Virus record (IMG/VR): IMGVR_UViG_3300021142_000002
Coordinates: 1-64,000 of that record
Strand: one strand, 5' to 3'
DNA: 64,000 nt
The notes beneath the pieces were generated by a model. The model worked only from the letters and a program-made list of their open reading frames with translations. It searched no databases and was not told where the DNA came from. This document shows positions 49,991-60,305 of this stretch, piece after piece; within the stretch, counting starts at the first letter, position 1, and each line of letters opens with the position of its first letter. The position numbers and the translations under genes are program-made.

Positions 49991-51508
49991 TTACCTAGCA
50001 ATGGTTAAAAGAGCAATAATAATAGGAATTTGATAAAACCTATCCATTGGATTTAAACTATCTAAAGAAGTAGCAATAGGTAGTATATCACTTAATAAAA
50101 TAGGTAATTTATTTATTACATTAGATACATTAAATTCAATTGGCGATTGACCTGATAATCCATTATAAAAGTTACTACTAAAGATGTAACTTACTGTACT
50201 AGTATCGACTAATTGGGATACATTAGTTAATGGAGTACTTGTTGGAACTTGATAGTTATTAACTAGGTTTTTAATGTTATCTAAAGTAGTATTTAAAGTT
50301 ACTGTATCATTAGTTAAATAAGCCTGATAGGCTGCCATAATTTGCATTGAAATAGTTAACGCATCTATCTTGGCGGCAGTAATGGCTGCATTCTGAAAAG
50401 CAGTATTTAACTGATCATTTAAAATAGAGTCAGACAGCATAGACTGAATAGCACTGACTTCTTCTACCAGAGCTTCAGATACTGTTAAATCAGGATAGGT
50501 ATTATCAGCTATACCACCTGATACATTTGGATAAATAACATAATCAATAGGAGATACCTGTAGATTATGTCTTTGAAATGGAGCTGAAAATGAGTTAGAT
50601 GAAAGAGTCGTCATCTGTTTAACAGCATGTTTTAATACCGCATTAGATTGTTTAGTAATGGCATCAAAAACAGTAGAAAAAGGCTGATAAAGAAATGAAC
50701 ATTTTAAATCATATTCAATTGGAAAATTAAGTCCTTGTAACCACTCTGTTTTAACAAAGCTGTTAAAAAACTTTACGATAAAAGGATCATACGTTAATGC
50801 AGGACTCTTGATATTTTCAGGTAATATAAATGTGGATGAATAGTAATCAAAAAACTGTAAATAATACTCTTGTATTAGATCTAAGATTATTTGATTCTTA
50901 GTCGTATACTGATTATATTCAGATTCAGTCTTTAGAGGATTAGTATTATAATCTAATAGACTAACATCAAAAATAAGTCTATTAACCACATACTGTTCAT
51001 AGTAAGCCTGCTTATCAGGATTTAAATAACTAATTTGATTATAGGTAATAGACCAAACAGATTCTTTAAATTGAGAAGCTCTAGAGACTGCAGTAACCTC
51101 AAATACACCATAAGTGTTACCTTGGATAATGGCAAAGAATATATCACCCGCTTGAGGAGTAATAACTGGATAAACATTAGATTCACCAGTCACTACAGAT
51201 ATGCCTAAACTAGTATCTAGATTGGATTCTAAAGATGAAGTAGCTCTGAGTTCAAAATTCTCTATCTTAAGATATTGTTTTAGAGTAGGGTCTTGAACAT
51301 CATTGCTATTAATAATGGGATCATCTTTACCTAAGTACTGATTAAAGTAAGTACATTGCCAAGGTGTACCATCAAGCTGTGTTATTAAAGCACCCTGATA
51401 TTGAAAACTAGAATAAGAAGATGCTGTATCAATGATAGGTATAGGTGTTTCAGAAGGTAAGGTAGGCGGTAGTGGAATAACAGGTGAGTTATCATTATAA
51501 ATAGGCAT
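49991..51508 (-). CDS. Virion structural protein (phiKZ gp99-like)
   Basis: LITxxDGxPWxxxYFxQ, QYxxIxxxELR, PxxGDxF, YDPF and RFYxIPxxxxL motifs. Confidence 0.7.
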   Translation of the reverse strand: MPIYNDNSPVIPLPPTLPSETPIPIIDTASSYSSFQYQGALITQLDGTPWQCTYFNQYLGKDDPIINSNDVQDPTLKQYLKIENFELRATSSLESNLDTSLGISVVTGESNVYPVITPQAGDIFFAIIQGNTYGVFEVTAVSRASQFKESVWSITYNQISYLNPDKQAYYEQYVVNRLIFDVSLLDYNTNPLKTESEYNQYTTKNQIILDLIQEYYLQFFDYYSSTFILPENIKSPALTYDPFIVKFFNSFVKTEWLQGLNFPIEYDLKCSFLYQPFSTVFDAITKQSNAVLKHAVKQMTTLSSNSFSAPFQRHNLQVSPIDYVIYPNVSGGIADNTYPDLTVSEALVEEVSAIQSMLSDSILNDQLNTAFQNAAITAAKIDALTISMQIMAAYQAYLTNDTVTLNTTLDNIKNLVNNYQVPTSTPLTNVSQLVDTSTVSYIFSSNFYNGLSGQSPIEFNVSNVINKLPILLSDILPIATSLDSLNPMDRFYQIPIIIALLTIAR

Positions 51509-51518
51509 TTAACTAATC

Positions 51519-52736
51519 CTAATCTAAGTTTTTAACACAGGCATTCAGATAATAATAAGCTGATCTAATAGTATTATAAAATTGTTCTGATAAATGATCA
51601 TCAAAAATATAAGCATATAAGTGCTCAGATTCTAATTTGCCCATCTCATGAGTTATTAATTTACTCGCATCTTCAAACTCTTGTTTATCATAAGCACCGG
51701 TGCCCGACGGCATGGCTATTTTCTTATTATGACAATGCTCTATCAATTCTACTTTATTTATTAAACTATCTAAATGGTCATTAAACTCATAGATGGTTTT
51801 ATAAGGATCTGGTGTAGCTATGCTATAAAACTTATCTATTAAAGAAATCATTGACTTTATTAAACTTTTAATTTCAATGCCAGAAAGAACTTTTACTTTA
51901 ATGTTAGAAGTAGATGGTGGATGATTATCGCTGCAAATGGCTGCATAATCATAAAGGGAAGTTATTACACAACCTTCATCATCTTTTTCCATAGCATCCC
52001 AAAGATAACATTGTCCAATAAAACTTTCTTTACTTCTATAAAAAATATCTCCACTAGTAGTTTCTTTTGCATCTTCTGGGAAATCATTTTTAGGGACTTC
52101 TGCCATAGATATATTGGCATTAGTTAAGTAGAGTTTACTTATTTTACCAAAGTCTAATACTTTAGATTCTCTAACTTCCTTATAGCTTTTAGCTAGTCCG
52201 GATAATGTTTCACCATTTTTGCTAATAATAACTTTTAATTTTGGATAGCATTCATCAATAATAAAGGCATTAACTGGTTTTGGATGTTTTTCATAAGCCG
52301 CTAATAAACCTTCCAAACCTTTAATTATTTCTAATTCATGAGAATCAATTAAAGCTAAATCAGGTATGTGCATATTCTTAGTAGGTATTTCTTTTTCCTT
52401 AGGTAGCTCATGTCCATGTACTTTATTATCTAATTCTTCTAAATGCTCTTTAAAGGCTTTAATTGTTTTTGTTTCCCATATTTTCTTTTCTTTCTTTTTC
52501 TCTGCATTTTTAGCAAATGATTCTTTTATCTTTTTGATAAAATCACCAATACCTTCCATGCCTACTTCCCTTTCTTGCTTAATTGCTTGATCTTCTAATT
52601 CTTTATATTCTTTTCTTGCTAATAATGCTTCTTGTTTTTTTACTTCCATTTCTTCAAATAGTTCTTCTAAACTAGGTTTAACTTCTTCTTCCACGTTAAA
52701 TTCTTTTAAAAAGTCTTTTACTTTAGTATATTTCAT
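51519..52736 (-). CDS. Internal head (inner-body-like) protein paralog
   Basis: Acidic propeptide ending VGME/G, followed by IGDFIKKIKE; C-terminal YxxACVKN as in neighbouring paralogs. Confidence 0.55.
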   Translation of the reverse strand: MKYTKVKDFLKEFNVEEEVKPSLEELFEEMEVKKQEALLARKEYKELEDQAIKQEREVGMEGIGDFIKKIKESFAKNAEKKKEKKIWETKTIKAFKEHLEELDNKVHGHELPKEKEIPTKNMHIPDLALIDSHELEIIKGLEGLLAAYEKHPKPVNAFIIDECYPKLKVIISKNGETLSGLAKSYKEVRESKVLDFGKISKLYLTNANISMAEVPKNDFPEDAKETTSGDIFYRSKESFIGQCYLWDAMEKDDEGCVITSLYDYAAICSDNHPPSTSNIKVKVLSGIEIKSLIKSMISLIDKFYSIATPDPYKTIYEFNDHLDSLINKVELIEHCHNKKIAMPSGTGAYDKQEFEDASKLITHEMGKLESEHLYAYIFDDHLSEQFYNTIRSAYYYLNACVKNLD

Positions 52737-54223
52737 TGTTGGTTCCTATAAGCAATTAAGTTAGCATTTAAAACAGCGAGTCCATTAACAATTTTGTAAT
52801 CTGTATTTCCTATTTCATTAATAGCGTCGGTTAAACTATTAGTATTAACACGAGTACCATTTCCAATAGTGGCGATAGAAACACAAGGGTCTATAAATTG
52901 TAGTAGGTTAGTTAAACTAGTTGGATCATTGAGTAGATTTCCCCAATCTACCTTAGATAAGTCAGTTAAAACAGATATTCTTACATAATTTCTTTTTCTT
53001 AAATCTAGATTAACATGACTCATTAATCTAAAGTTATTATCAATATAAAGAGCTACTGAGTTTTCAAAATCGTCGACTTCAAAGCAGTCTATATAGATAG
53101 GCCATCTAAATAAAGTACAAAGATTACTACTATATGTTTTCATTAGCGAAATAAGCCACTCAGGAACGCCATAGCTAATCAATAAATTTAAATCTAATAG
53201 ATAGGTTAGGTTATCTACTTCTAGCTGTACAGGGATAATAGCGAGCGTATAAACAGAGGGTAAATTTATCTTAGGCATCCAGCCATCTGATACAATAGGG
53301 TCTGGTATTTTCATACAAGTATGACCATGTAAGTTACTAGTTACTTTCTGTACAGATTGAGTAAAAGTAATAGGCGCATCTCTGTTATTACCATGAAATC
53401 TTCTATCATGGTATTTAGAAATATTACTTAAATCAATTACTTGATTATGAATGTACTTTTGATATTCTAATAAAATAGCCCCTGGTCTATCATAGTCTAT
53501 CTGGAAAGTAAATTCTAATGTGGATATAGGAGGCTCTTTACTGGTTTCTTGAATATCGGGTAAATCGGTAAATTGTCCTAATACACCGACATTTTTTACA
53601 TTCATGGCTAATGATCGTTGACTATCATCTAAGTTTTGTCTAACGACTAAGCCATTAGTAGAAAAGTTATTTTGTAAAAACTCTTTTAATGTTAAACCAT
53701 AAGGTGCTACAGCTTCTGATAATTTATAAACTTTATTAATATAGCTAGTAATGTCAGTGGGTATATTAAAGTTATAAAGAATATCAACATAGCAAAAAGG
53801 TTGAGCTAATGTTAAACGTCTTCTTAAAGCATTTAACCAAGAAGTTAATACATCATAGCCTTTACTTCTATAAGTAAACTTAATAGTTAATTGCATCCTA
53901 TTATACATAGGTGTTAAAGCTATGCCTAATTTAGGATGATTAAAAATAGCAGGAAATTCTGTTTGATATTTGTTCATATCAAAGAAAGCTGGATCAGGCG
54001 CTTCAGAGTATTCTACTTCAGCATAATTATCCACTGTTAGCTTTAAAGCTTCATCAGGCGTATTAGTTTGTTGCATGGGGGAAATACCTCCTCTTTGAAC
54101 ATAGAGGATATCTTTAATGATGGGCATTTCAGTAGAATATACTAATTGTTCAGTTACTGATTTAACAATAGATCGAGTGACTGTATTATCAATATCATCT
54201 ATTTTAACGACTACTGTAGTCAT
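52733..54223 (-). CDS. Virion structural protein (phiKZ gp98-like)
   Basis: TVTRxIVxSV, IFxHxxLGIxxxPxY, FxxxYDRP...YxxxIHNQ and LDLRKxxYVRxxxxTDL motifs. Confidence 0.7.
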   Translation of the reverse strand: MTTVVVKIDDIDNTVTRSIVKSVTEQLVYSTEMPIIKDILYVQRGGISPMQQTNTPDEALKLTVDNYAEVEYSEAPDPAFFDMNKYQTEFPAIFNHPKLGIALTPMYNRMQLTIKFTYRSKGYDVLTSWLNALRRRLTLAQPFCYVDILYNFNIPTDITSYINKVYKLSEAVAPYGLTLKEFLQNNFSTNGLVVRQNLDDSQRSLAMNVKNVGVLGQFTDLPDIQETSKEPPISTLEFTFQIDYDRPGAILLEYQKYIHNQVIDLSNISKYHDRRFHGNNRDAPITFTQSVQKVTSNLHGHTCMKIPDPIVSDGWMPKINLPSVYTLAIIPVQLEVDNLTYLLDLNLLISYGVPEWLISLMKTYSSNLCTLFRWPIYIDCFEVDDFENSVALYIDNNFRLMSHVNLDLRKRNYVRISVLTDLSKVDWGNLLNDPTSLTNLLQFIDPCVSIATIGNGTRVNTNSLTDAINEIGNTDYKIVNGLAVLNANLIAYRNQQ

Positions 54224-54297
54224 AGTTTTAATACCTATTAATAGGGGTTAATCTGTCTATACGATGAGTAGAATGTATTAAATAAAAGGCTGACATA

Positions 54298-54327
54298 ATA
54301 CCACTCAGGATTAATCCTGAGTGGTAT
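54298..54327. terminator. Perfect loop-less 30-bp palindrome
   Basis: ATACCACTCAGGATT|AATCCTGAGTGGTAT, flanked by ACATA and TATGT. Confidence 0.75.
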
Positions 54328-54334
54328 AGATATG

Positions 54335-55654
54335 TTATTTAACAGTTTCTAAATTATGTAAACTAGCCGTACAATAATTGGCGATTGCTGAAAAAAGACT
54401 TAAAGTATGTTTATAAATGTCTAATTGTGGCTGAACAACTGAGGCTGTAGAGTAATGGATATACGTAACAGCCTTTTTAAGTACATAATAAGAATCCGTA
54501 TGTTTATCACCTTTAGCTAAAGCATCTTCTACACCGGCACATTCCTTTAATAAAGTATTAATGGCTTGTTTACCTTTAATAGCATTATTTTTATCATTAA
54601 TGACAAAATATAAAGAATTAAGCATCGCTGTTATATATTTGTCAATTTGTCTTTTAGTTAATGCCTCAAAACTTTTAACTAATCTTTTATTACCCACCCC
54701 TTCGTTCATTACCTTACAAGTTAAATAATATACCTTTTCTTTATAGGAGAATACGTTAATCATAATAAATGCGCCCCCCAACAGTGGGGATGAGCAGAAA
54801 GTATATGTTGTACCCCCATTACCGTCATTAAGAGGTTTTAATGTATTTTCTGATAAATTAGAAATTTTACTTTTTAAAACTCCAATAACATGTTCACTAT
54901 CTAAAGGATCAAATCTTTTAGCATTATCTAATATATCTGTTATTAATTTTTGTATAATTTCATAATTAATTAATCCATGAATAAATGAATGATAATCTAA
55001 TAATTGCTTATCAATGCTCGTTCCATCAACTTTTATTATTTCTTCAGCCTTTTCGGATAAGAAAATTAAACGCTCTTTAGGCCTTTTATCATCAGTATAA
55101 AATTTCTCATTAATTTTTTGGAGCACTAATAAATGAGCTTTTAATGCTACTGCTTTAATTGATAGTTTTTCAAAGAAAGTACCTATCTTATCCATAAATG
55201 CTTTAATGAAAGCTAATATTTTCTTAAACGTTTCTTTAATTGAATCAGATACACTTTCTATAGCATATTCAGTATATTTCTTTCTTCCATCTACCTCATC
55301 AATAGACTCTAATGAAGGGAATAGGATTTCTTCATCAGGAGATAATTGCTTAATAATTTTATTAGCAGCTAATGTAGCCATTATGGCTGATTGCTTATCC
55401 ATTCCATCATGATCTAATGACTTTAACATTATTTCTTTTAAAGCTTCTATTCTGGTAGTGGTATCTACCAGAATAGAAATAGCATCGTTTAAAACATCTT
55501 CTTCAGTAAGTGAGGTATATAATTCATGATCTGGTATCATTTTAAGATCATCTAAACTAACATTTTGATTCACAGTATCTCCTTGTGTTTCAGCATTTAC
55601 TTCTTCCATTAATTCTTCAATACCAGCTCTGTAACCATATATTCTTCTTAACAT
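54335..55654 (-). CDS. Internal head protein (phiKZ gp93-97 paralog family)
   Basis: Acidic propeptide with AGIE, PSLE/S and AIE/S protease-type sites; LLGG core motif. Confidence 0.7.
   Translation of the reverse strand: MLRRIYGYRAGIEELMEEVNAETQGDTVNQNVSLDDLKMIPDHELYTSLTEEDVLNDAISILVDTTTRIEALKEIMLKSLDHDGMDKQSAIMATLAANKIIKQLSPDEEILFPSLESIDEVDGRKKYTEYAIESVSDSIKETFKKILAFIKAFMDKIGTFFEKLSIKAVALKAHLLVLQKINEKFYTDDKRPKERLIFLSEKAEEIIKVDGTSIDKQLLDYHSFIHGLINYEIIQKLITDILDNAKRFDPLDSEHVIGVLKSKISNLSENTLKPLNDGNGGTTYTFCSSPLLGGAFIMINVFSYKEKVYYLTCKVMNEGVGNKRLVKSFEALTKRQIDKYITAMLNSLYFVINDKNNAIKGKQAINTLLKECAGVEDALAKGDKHTDSYYVLKKAVTYIHYSTASVVQPQLDIYKHTLSLFSAIANYCTASLHNLETVK
55257..55332. repeat. 76-bp exact repeat (copy at 56630-56705)
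   Basis: Encodes EILFPSLESIDEVDGRKKYTEYAIE, spanning two predicted cleavage sites. Confidence 0.9.
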
Positions 55655-55673
55655 AATTGTATTCCTGTTTTAA
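55596..55673. repeat. 78-bp exact repeat (copy at 56987-57064; near-copy at ~59761-59833)
   Basis: Covers the RBS and first ~20 codons of inner-head paralogs. Confidence 0.9.
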
Positions 55674-55689
55674 TAAAATATTTTCCATT

Positions 55690-57045
55690 TTATTTTTCCT
55701 TTTTAGCTGATACAACATCACTAACCTTTCCTTTTAGATTGCGCACTCTAGCCCAAATAATGTTTCTATAAGACCGAGTAACTGCCAATGCAGTTAATAC
55801 TACAGCCATGTTTGTTTTAGAAGCAGATGTAGCCGATTCAACAGCATGTTTAGAGATTGCTTTAAGTATTTCTACCTTTGTATTAGCTTCATCAACACTA
55901 TTAGTGCTGGCCTGTGACATTTCTACCTTTAGCTCAGACATAAATTTCTTATTAGCCTCCAGTGTCTTTGCCATCATGCTATTACTATCGTAAATAAAAT
56001 CTAATAGCTTTAATAAACTTTCTATTTCTCTAATTATAGTTGATTTATTACTGGCTGGTAATTTCTCTTCAGAAGCATCAGTATGCGCCTTTCCAAGACT
56101 GACAGAAATACCTGATATAAACTCGCCTTCTTTAATTGAAGATTCTAGGAGTTTAATAGTTATAAAAATACCACCTAAATATTGTTCAGATTGAAATAAT
56201 TTTGTCGCAGTATTATAAGTAAATTTAATACCATAGGTGGAAAAGTCACTAGCTTCAACTGAAGCCATATTAACTGAACCTTCTTTTAAATGCTTAAATA
56301 TTTTTTCTTCAATAACTTTAGAAATTTTAGTATTGAAGTCTGACATACCAGCTAACATTCCAATTAACTTAGTAATTCCATCATCCGGAAAAAATACATG
56401 TCCAGCAGTAAGGTTTTTAACATCATTTTTTGAAACAGTGACTTCTTTTTCAGCAGCACCTTTACTCTCATCAATTTTTTTAGCAAATATTAGAACTCCC
56501 TTTATTAAGGTTTTATCAAATTTACTTTTAGTAATGATTTTATTAAAAAATTCTTTAGCTTTCTCTATAAATGTATTAATTAATCTAAAAACATTTTTAA
56601 TAGCATTTTCAATACTTTCACCTAAAGACTCTATAGCATATTCAGTATATTTCTTTCTTCCATCTACCTCATCAATAGACTCTAATGAAGGGAATAGGAT
56701 TTCTTTATTTTCAGGCAATGTATTACTCATTAGCTTATTAACTGCAAAGGAAGCAAAAATAGCTGATTGTTTATCTAGACCACCTTTGTTCAATGACTGA
56801 ATCATTAGATCACGAATAGCCTCTAAACCCTCTGAAGTATCCTCTGCCTGAGATAATGCATCGTCAACCACTTCTAAATCGCTGCTAGCAATGAGTTCAT
56901 CTTCCGGAAAGGTTGGCATTTCTTCATCAACAGCATTTCCAAATTCCTCTTCCTCTTCTGGAGTTACTTTATATAATTCATGCTCGTTTACTTCTTCCAT
57001 TAATTCTTCAATACCAGCTCTGTAACCATATATTCTTCTTAACAT
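55690..57045 (-). CDS. Internal head protein (phiKZ gp93-97 paralog family)
   Basis: Same N-terminal 20 aa as the previous gene; EGLE/A, PSLE/S and AIE/S sites. Confidence 0.7.
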   Translation of the reverse strand: MLRRIYGYRAGIEELMEEVNEHELYKVTPEEEEEFGNAVDEEMPTFPEDELIASSDLEVVDDALSQAEDTSEGLEAIRDLMIQSLNKGGLDKQSAIFASFAVNKLMSNTLPENKEILFPSLESIDEVDGRKKYTEYAIESLGESIENAIKNVFRLINTFIEKAKEFFNKIITKSKFDKTLIKGVLIFAKKIDESKGAAEKEVTVSKNDVKNLTAGHVFFPDDGITKLIGMLAGMSDFNTKISKVIEEKIFKHLKEGSVNMASVEASDFSTYGIKFTYNTATKLFQSEQYLGGIFITIKLLESSIKEGEFISGISVSLGKAHTDASEEKLPASNKSTIIREIESLLKLLDFIYDSNSMMAKTLEANKKFMSELKVEMSQASTNSVDEANTKVEILKAISKHAVESATSASKTNMAVVLTALAVTRSYRNIIWARVRNLKGKVSDVVSAKKEK

Positions 57046-57065
57046 AATTGTATTCCTGTTTTAAA

Positions 57066-58382
57066 TTAAACTTTTTTAAGATTAGCTAAGCATTTTAAAC
57101 CATAATTATAGCCAGCATGAATTGATCTAATACCTTGCTTATATAAATCTAACTCTGGCTGAGCTAGGGATAAAGATATATGCCCCATATTAGATATCAT
57201 TGATCTAAATGTATTATAGTTATCTAATTGTTCTGCCGTTAATGAACCTTGTACTTTGCCTGCCATTAATTTTTCAAAGTCTTCAGCTTCTTTTATATAA
57301 CGCTTTATTAATTCTTCACGTTTATTTAAATCTACTTTTTTACTATATAAAAGTTTAGCTAATTTCTTTAACTCTATAAATAAATCCATTACTTCCTTTT
57401 TATTTAGAGCCACTGCATGTAACTCTTTATGAGGTAAGGAGGCAATAATACTTTCTTGTTTAGTCATTATTTGAAAACCAGTAAAGTATCTAAAATTACT
57501 TGATTTACAAATATGGCCAGTTAATAAGCAAACGATTATTCTGCTGCCCAAAAGAGTTTCCTCTCCAGCTAATACGACTCTTTCTGTAGAATTATGAATA
57601 GTATCCGAAGTTATCTTAAGTTTAGTTGGAAAAGCATTTATTAAAGTTTTACCCACATGAATTAAAGATAGATTATCTTTAAAATCAGTATCTAGCATAT
57701 CGTGATGAACTGTTAAAATATCTACCACATTGCTTGCTATTTCTATAGCTGGGTGGCGTTCAGTTACTAGGCTATAAGCGGTATAAAATTCTTTAACTCG
57801 CTCAGATACTTTATTAACAACAGTATCTGTAGTAGATAGATTAATAAAGTCTGATTCCCTTAATTCAATTTGCTCATCTTCTTTAACATAGCCTTCATAA
57901 CGTGGTGCCAAAGATTCAATGGTTGATCCTAAATGTACCTCATAAAGTTTAGCCATTGATATATAGTTCTTCATAAAGGCATTAATTCTGTTGTACCATT
58001 TAATAACAAAAGCAATTATTTTTTGTAAGTGATGTTTAATTGAATCAGATACACTTTCTATAGCATAATTTGTAGATTCTATAGCATCAATGGATTCTGT
58101 AGCAAATCCAGGCAATGGTTTTCCAAACTTTTTATTTAGCTGATTAGCAGTCAATTGAACCACGGCTAATGAATTCTTATCTAATCCATTATACTCTAAT
58201 GATTCTAACATCATTTCTTTTAAAGTTTCTAACCCCTCAGTAACCTCATAAGCTTCATCAATTGCAGATGAAATTAATTCTGGTTCTGTTCTTAAATCAA
58301 GACTCTCATCTGATAAACTAGGCTGTACATCACCAGTTGTTTCTAAGATAGGGCCTAATTCTTCTTCGGTATCAATATCCAT
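57066..58382 (-). CDS. Internal head protein (phiKZ gp93-97 paralog family)
   Basis: EGLE/T, FATE/S and AIE/S sites; C-terminal SLAQPELDLYKQG motif shared with paralogs. Confidence 0.7.
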   Translation of the reverse strand: MDIDTEEELGPILETTGDVQPSLSDESLDLRTEPELISSAIDEAYEVTEGLETLKEMMLESLEYNGLDKNSLAVVQLTANQLNKKFGKPLPGFATESIDAIESTNYAIESVSDSIKHHLQKIIAFVIKWYNRINAFMKNYISMAKLYEVHLGSTIESLAPRYEGYVKEDEQIELRESDFINLSTTDTVVNKVSERVKEFYTAYSLVTERHPAIEIASNVVDILTVHHDMLDTDFKDNLSLIHVGKTLINAFPTKLKITSDTIHNSTERVVLAGEETLLGSRIIVCLLTGHICKSSNFRYFTGFQIMTKQESIIASLPHKELHAVALNKKEVMDLFIELKKLAKLLYSKKVDLNKREELIKRYIKEAEDFEKLMAGKVQGSLTAEQLDNYNTFRSMISNMGHISLSLAQPELDLYKQGIRSIHAGYNYGLKCLANLKKV

Positions 58383-58428
58383 TAATATATCCTCTTGTTG
58401 GAATAGTAGTCATAGTAATCAGCATAGT

Positions 58429-58460
58429 GGAGTAATAGGTCTATATAGACCTATTACTCC
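58429..58460. terminator. Perfect loop-less 32-bp palindrome
   Basis: GGAGTAATAGGTCTAT|ATAGACCTATTACTCC. Confidence 0.75.
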
Positions 58461-58477
58461 TAGTATTATTCCGAAGC

Positions 58478-59821
58478 TTATTCTTCTTTTCCAGCTTTTT
58501 CAACTTTTAAATTCTTCAATGATTTAGAAGCATAGTTATAAGCTGCTTTTGCAGAAGCCAATCCTTGTTTATGCAGTGAAAGGTCTGGTTCCATCAAAGA
58601 GAAAGATAAATTTTTAGATCCATATAAAACTTCTTTCATGTATTTATAGGGCTCAGATTTAGCTGATGGATCATTATGGCCAATTACGTCCAAACGTTCT
58701 TCCATGTTATAAATTTCATTTATAATTGTTTTTCTTTCAGTAATATTTAACTTGCTTTCTTTAATGGCTTTTGCCAATTCGGCAACTTCTCTTGCGATTT
58801 CAGCAACTTCGCCCGCATCCAATGCTTTAACTGCTGAAGCAACTTTAGGAAGTGATACACCTTCTGGTGTTCCAGTATAAACTTCTGCGCACCAAAAAAC
58901 ACTATGCCATCCAAGAAATTCAGCTTTTACAACAGTTTCACCCAAGAAGACTTCATTACTTTCTAATTTAACTTCATCTTCACCTGATTTAACTTCTTTC
59001 ATTTTAATAGGTGATGCTGAGCTATATTTTTTAGCCCAAGCCTCTGGGGAACCAATACCTTTAAGATCTTTAATATCTGGTTCTTTACCAACTTTCATTG
59101 CTGCTACTTTACCACAAAACTCTTTAATGATTTTGCAAGAAGCATTTTCAGTACCTAATTTATTAATAACTGTGGTCAAAGCTTTTAAACCAGCTGGTAG
59201 TGCAGCCACTGCGCCATTAGAAACTAAGTTACGGAATTCAGTTTTAGAAATTGATAACTCTTCTTTTTGCATTTTACCAACACGGCCAGAAGCTTTACCA
59301 GCTAATGCTAAAGCACCAGTTTGCAGGCGAGCAGCTTCAGCTTTATGACCTTCCCAGAATTCACCAATTTTAGTGATCCATGTTTTTACCATGGTAGTAA
59401 TTTTGGACCAGGCAGATTTAATAGAATCGCTAATGCCTTCAATTGCAATAGAGGTTGCAGCGACATTATCAATATCATCTTCTAAAGACTCAAGGCCTGC
59501 CGCAGTAGTATCAACTTTAATGAAATTGCCAGCAGTTGTTTTAATGGCAAAAGCTGCAAAAGTAGCTGCTTGTTTGCTAAGACCACCATCTTCTAATGAT
59601 TTAATCATTAATTCTTTAATGGATTCTAAACCTTCAGCAACTTCTTCAACGCGTTCTACTGCTTCTTCAACAACATCGGCATCTGAACTTTCTTCAATTT
59701 CTTCTTCTTCATACTCAGGAATAGGCTCACCTACTTCTTCAGGACCTTGCCCTTCCATTGCATTTACTTCTTCCATTAATTCTTCTAAACCAGCTCTATA
59801 ACCATATATTCTTCTTGACAT
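58478..59821 (-). CDS. Internal head protein (phiKZ gp93-97 paralog family)
   Basis: MSRRIYGYRAGLEE start; EGLE/S, AGLE/S and AIE/G sites; codon use resembles that of the capsid gene. Confidence 0.72.
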   Translation of the reverse strand: MSRRIYGYRAGLEELMEEVNAMEGQGPEEVGEPIPEYEEEEIEESSDADVVEEAVERVEEVAEGLESIKELMIKSLEDGGLSKQAATFAAFAIKTTAGNFIKVDTTAAGLESLEDDIDNVAATSIAIEGISDSIKSAWSKITTMVKTWITKIGEFWEGHKAEAARLQTGALALAGKASGRVGKMQKEELSISKTEFRNLVSNGAVAALPAGLKALTTVINKLGTENASCKIIKEFCGKVAAMKVGKEPDIKDLKGIGSPEAWAKKYSSASPIKMKEVKSGEDEVKLESNEVFLGETVVKAEFLGWHSVFWCAEVYTGTPEGVSLPKVASAVKALDAGEVAEIAREVAELAKAIKESKLNITERKTIINEIYNMEERLDVIGHNDPSAKSEPYKYMKEVLYGSKNLSFSLMEPDLSLHKQGLASAKAAYNYASKSLKNLKVEKAGKEE

Positions 59822-59895
59822 AATTGTATTCCTATTTAAATAGTGTAAATTTTAATTAATTAATTAGTATCTAATAGATACATAGAATTAGAAAG

Positions 59896-60299
59896 TTATT
59901 TTCTTTCTATGCTTTGATAAAACCTTTGCTTCCTAATCCAGAAGTAGCAAGATGAAATGGTCCACCAACTTTCATTTATTCAATAACTGCTGATCCTTTT
60001 TTGACCTCATCAATAAACTTAATATAATCTAATCTATTTTTTTATTTCAAACTTATTGTTAAACTTTATATTAAGCTGTAACCAACACATATTACCGTTT
60101 TCATCATGAGAAATTTCAGCAGGTTTTTCATTTTGTTACCATACCAAAACCATTCATATTTTTTTTTATTGTCTCATAATCACTCTCATTAAAATTTGTT
60201 TTTTCTTTAATTTCTTTAATATAAGTTAATTGACTTTTCCCAAAAATTAAAATTAAAGTCTTATTTAAAGATTCAGGCTTTTCTTCAGTAAGGGCAAAT
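59896..60299 (-). pseudogene. Decayed coding fragment
   Basis: Protein-like reading (FALTEEKPESLNK.../EKPAEISHDENGNMCW.../RLDYIKFIDEVKKGSAVIE*MKVGGPFHLATSGLGSKGFIKA*) broken by two frameshifts and in-frame stops. Confidence 0.35.
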
Positions 60300-60305
60300 A
60301 AAATA

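Noticed and set aside
55206-59801. Plus-strand ORFs with repeated SIAYSVYFFLPSTSS text
   Set aside because: Antisense of the inner-head paralogs; the repetition reflects the minus-strand repeats.
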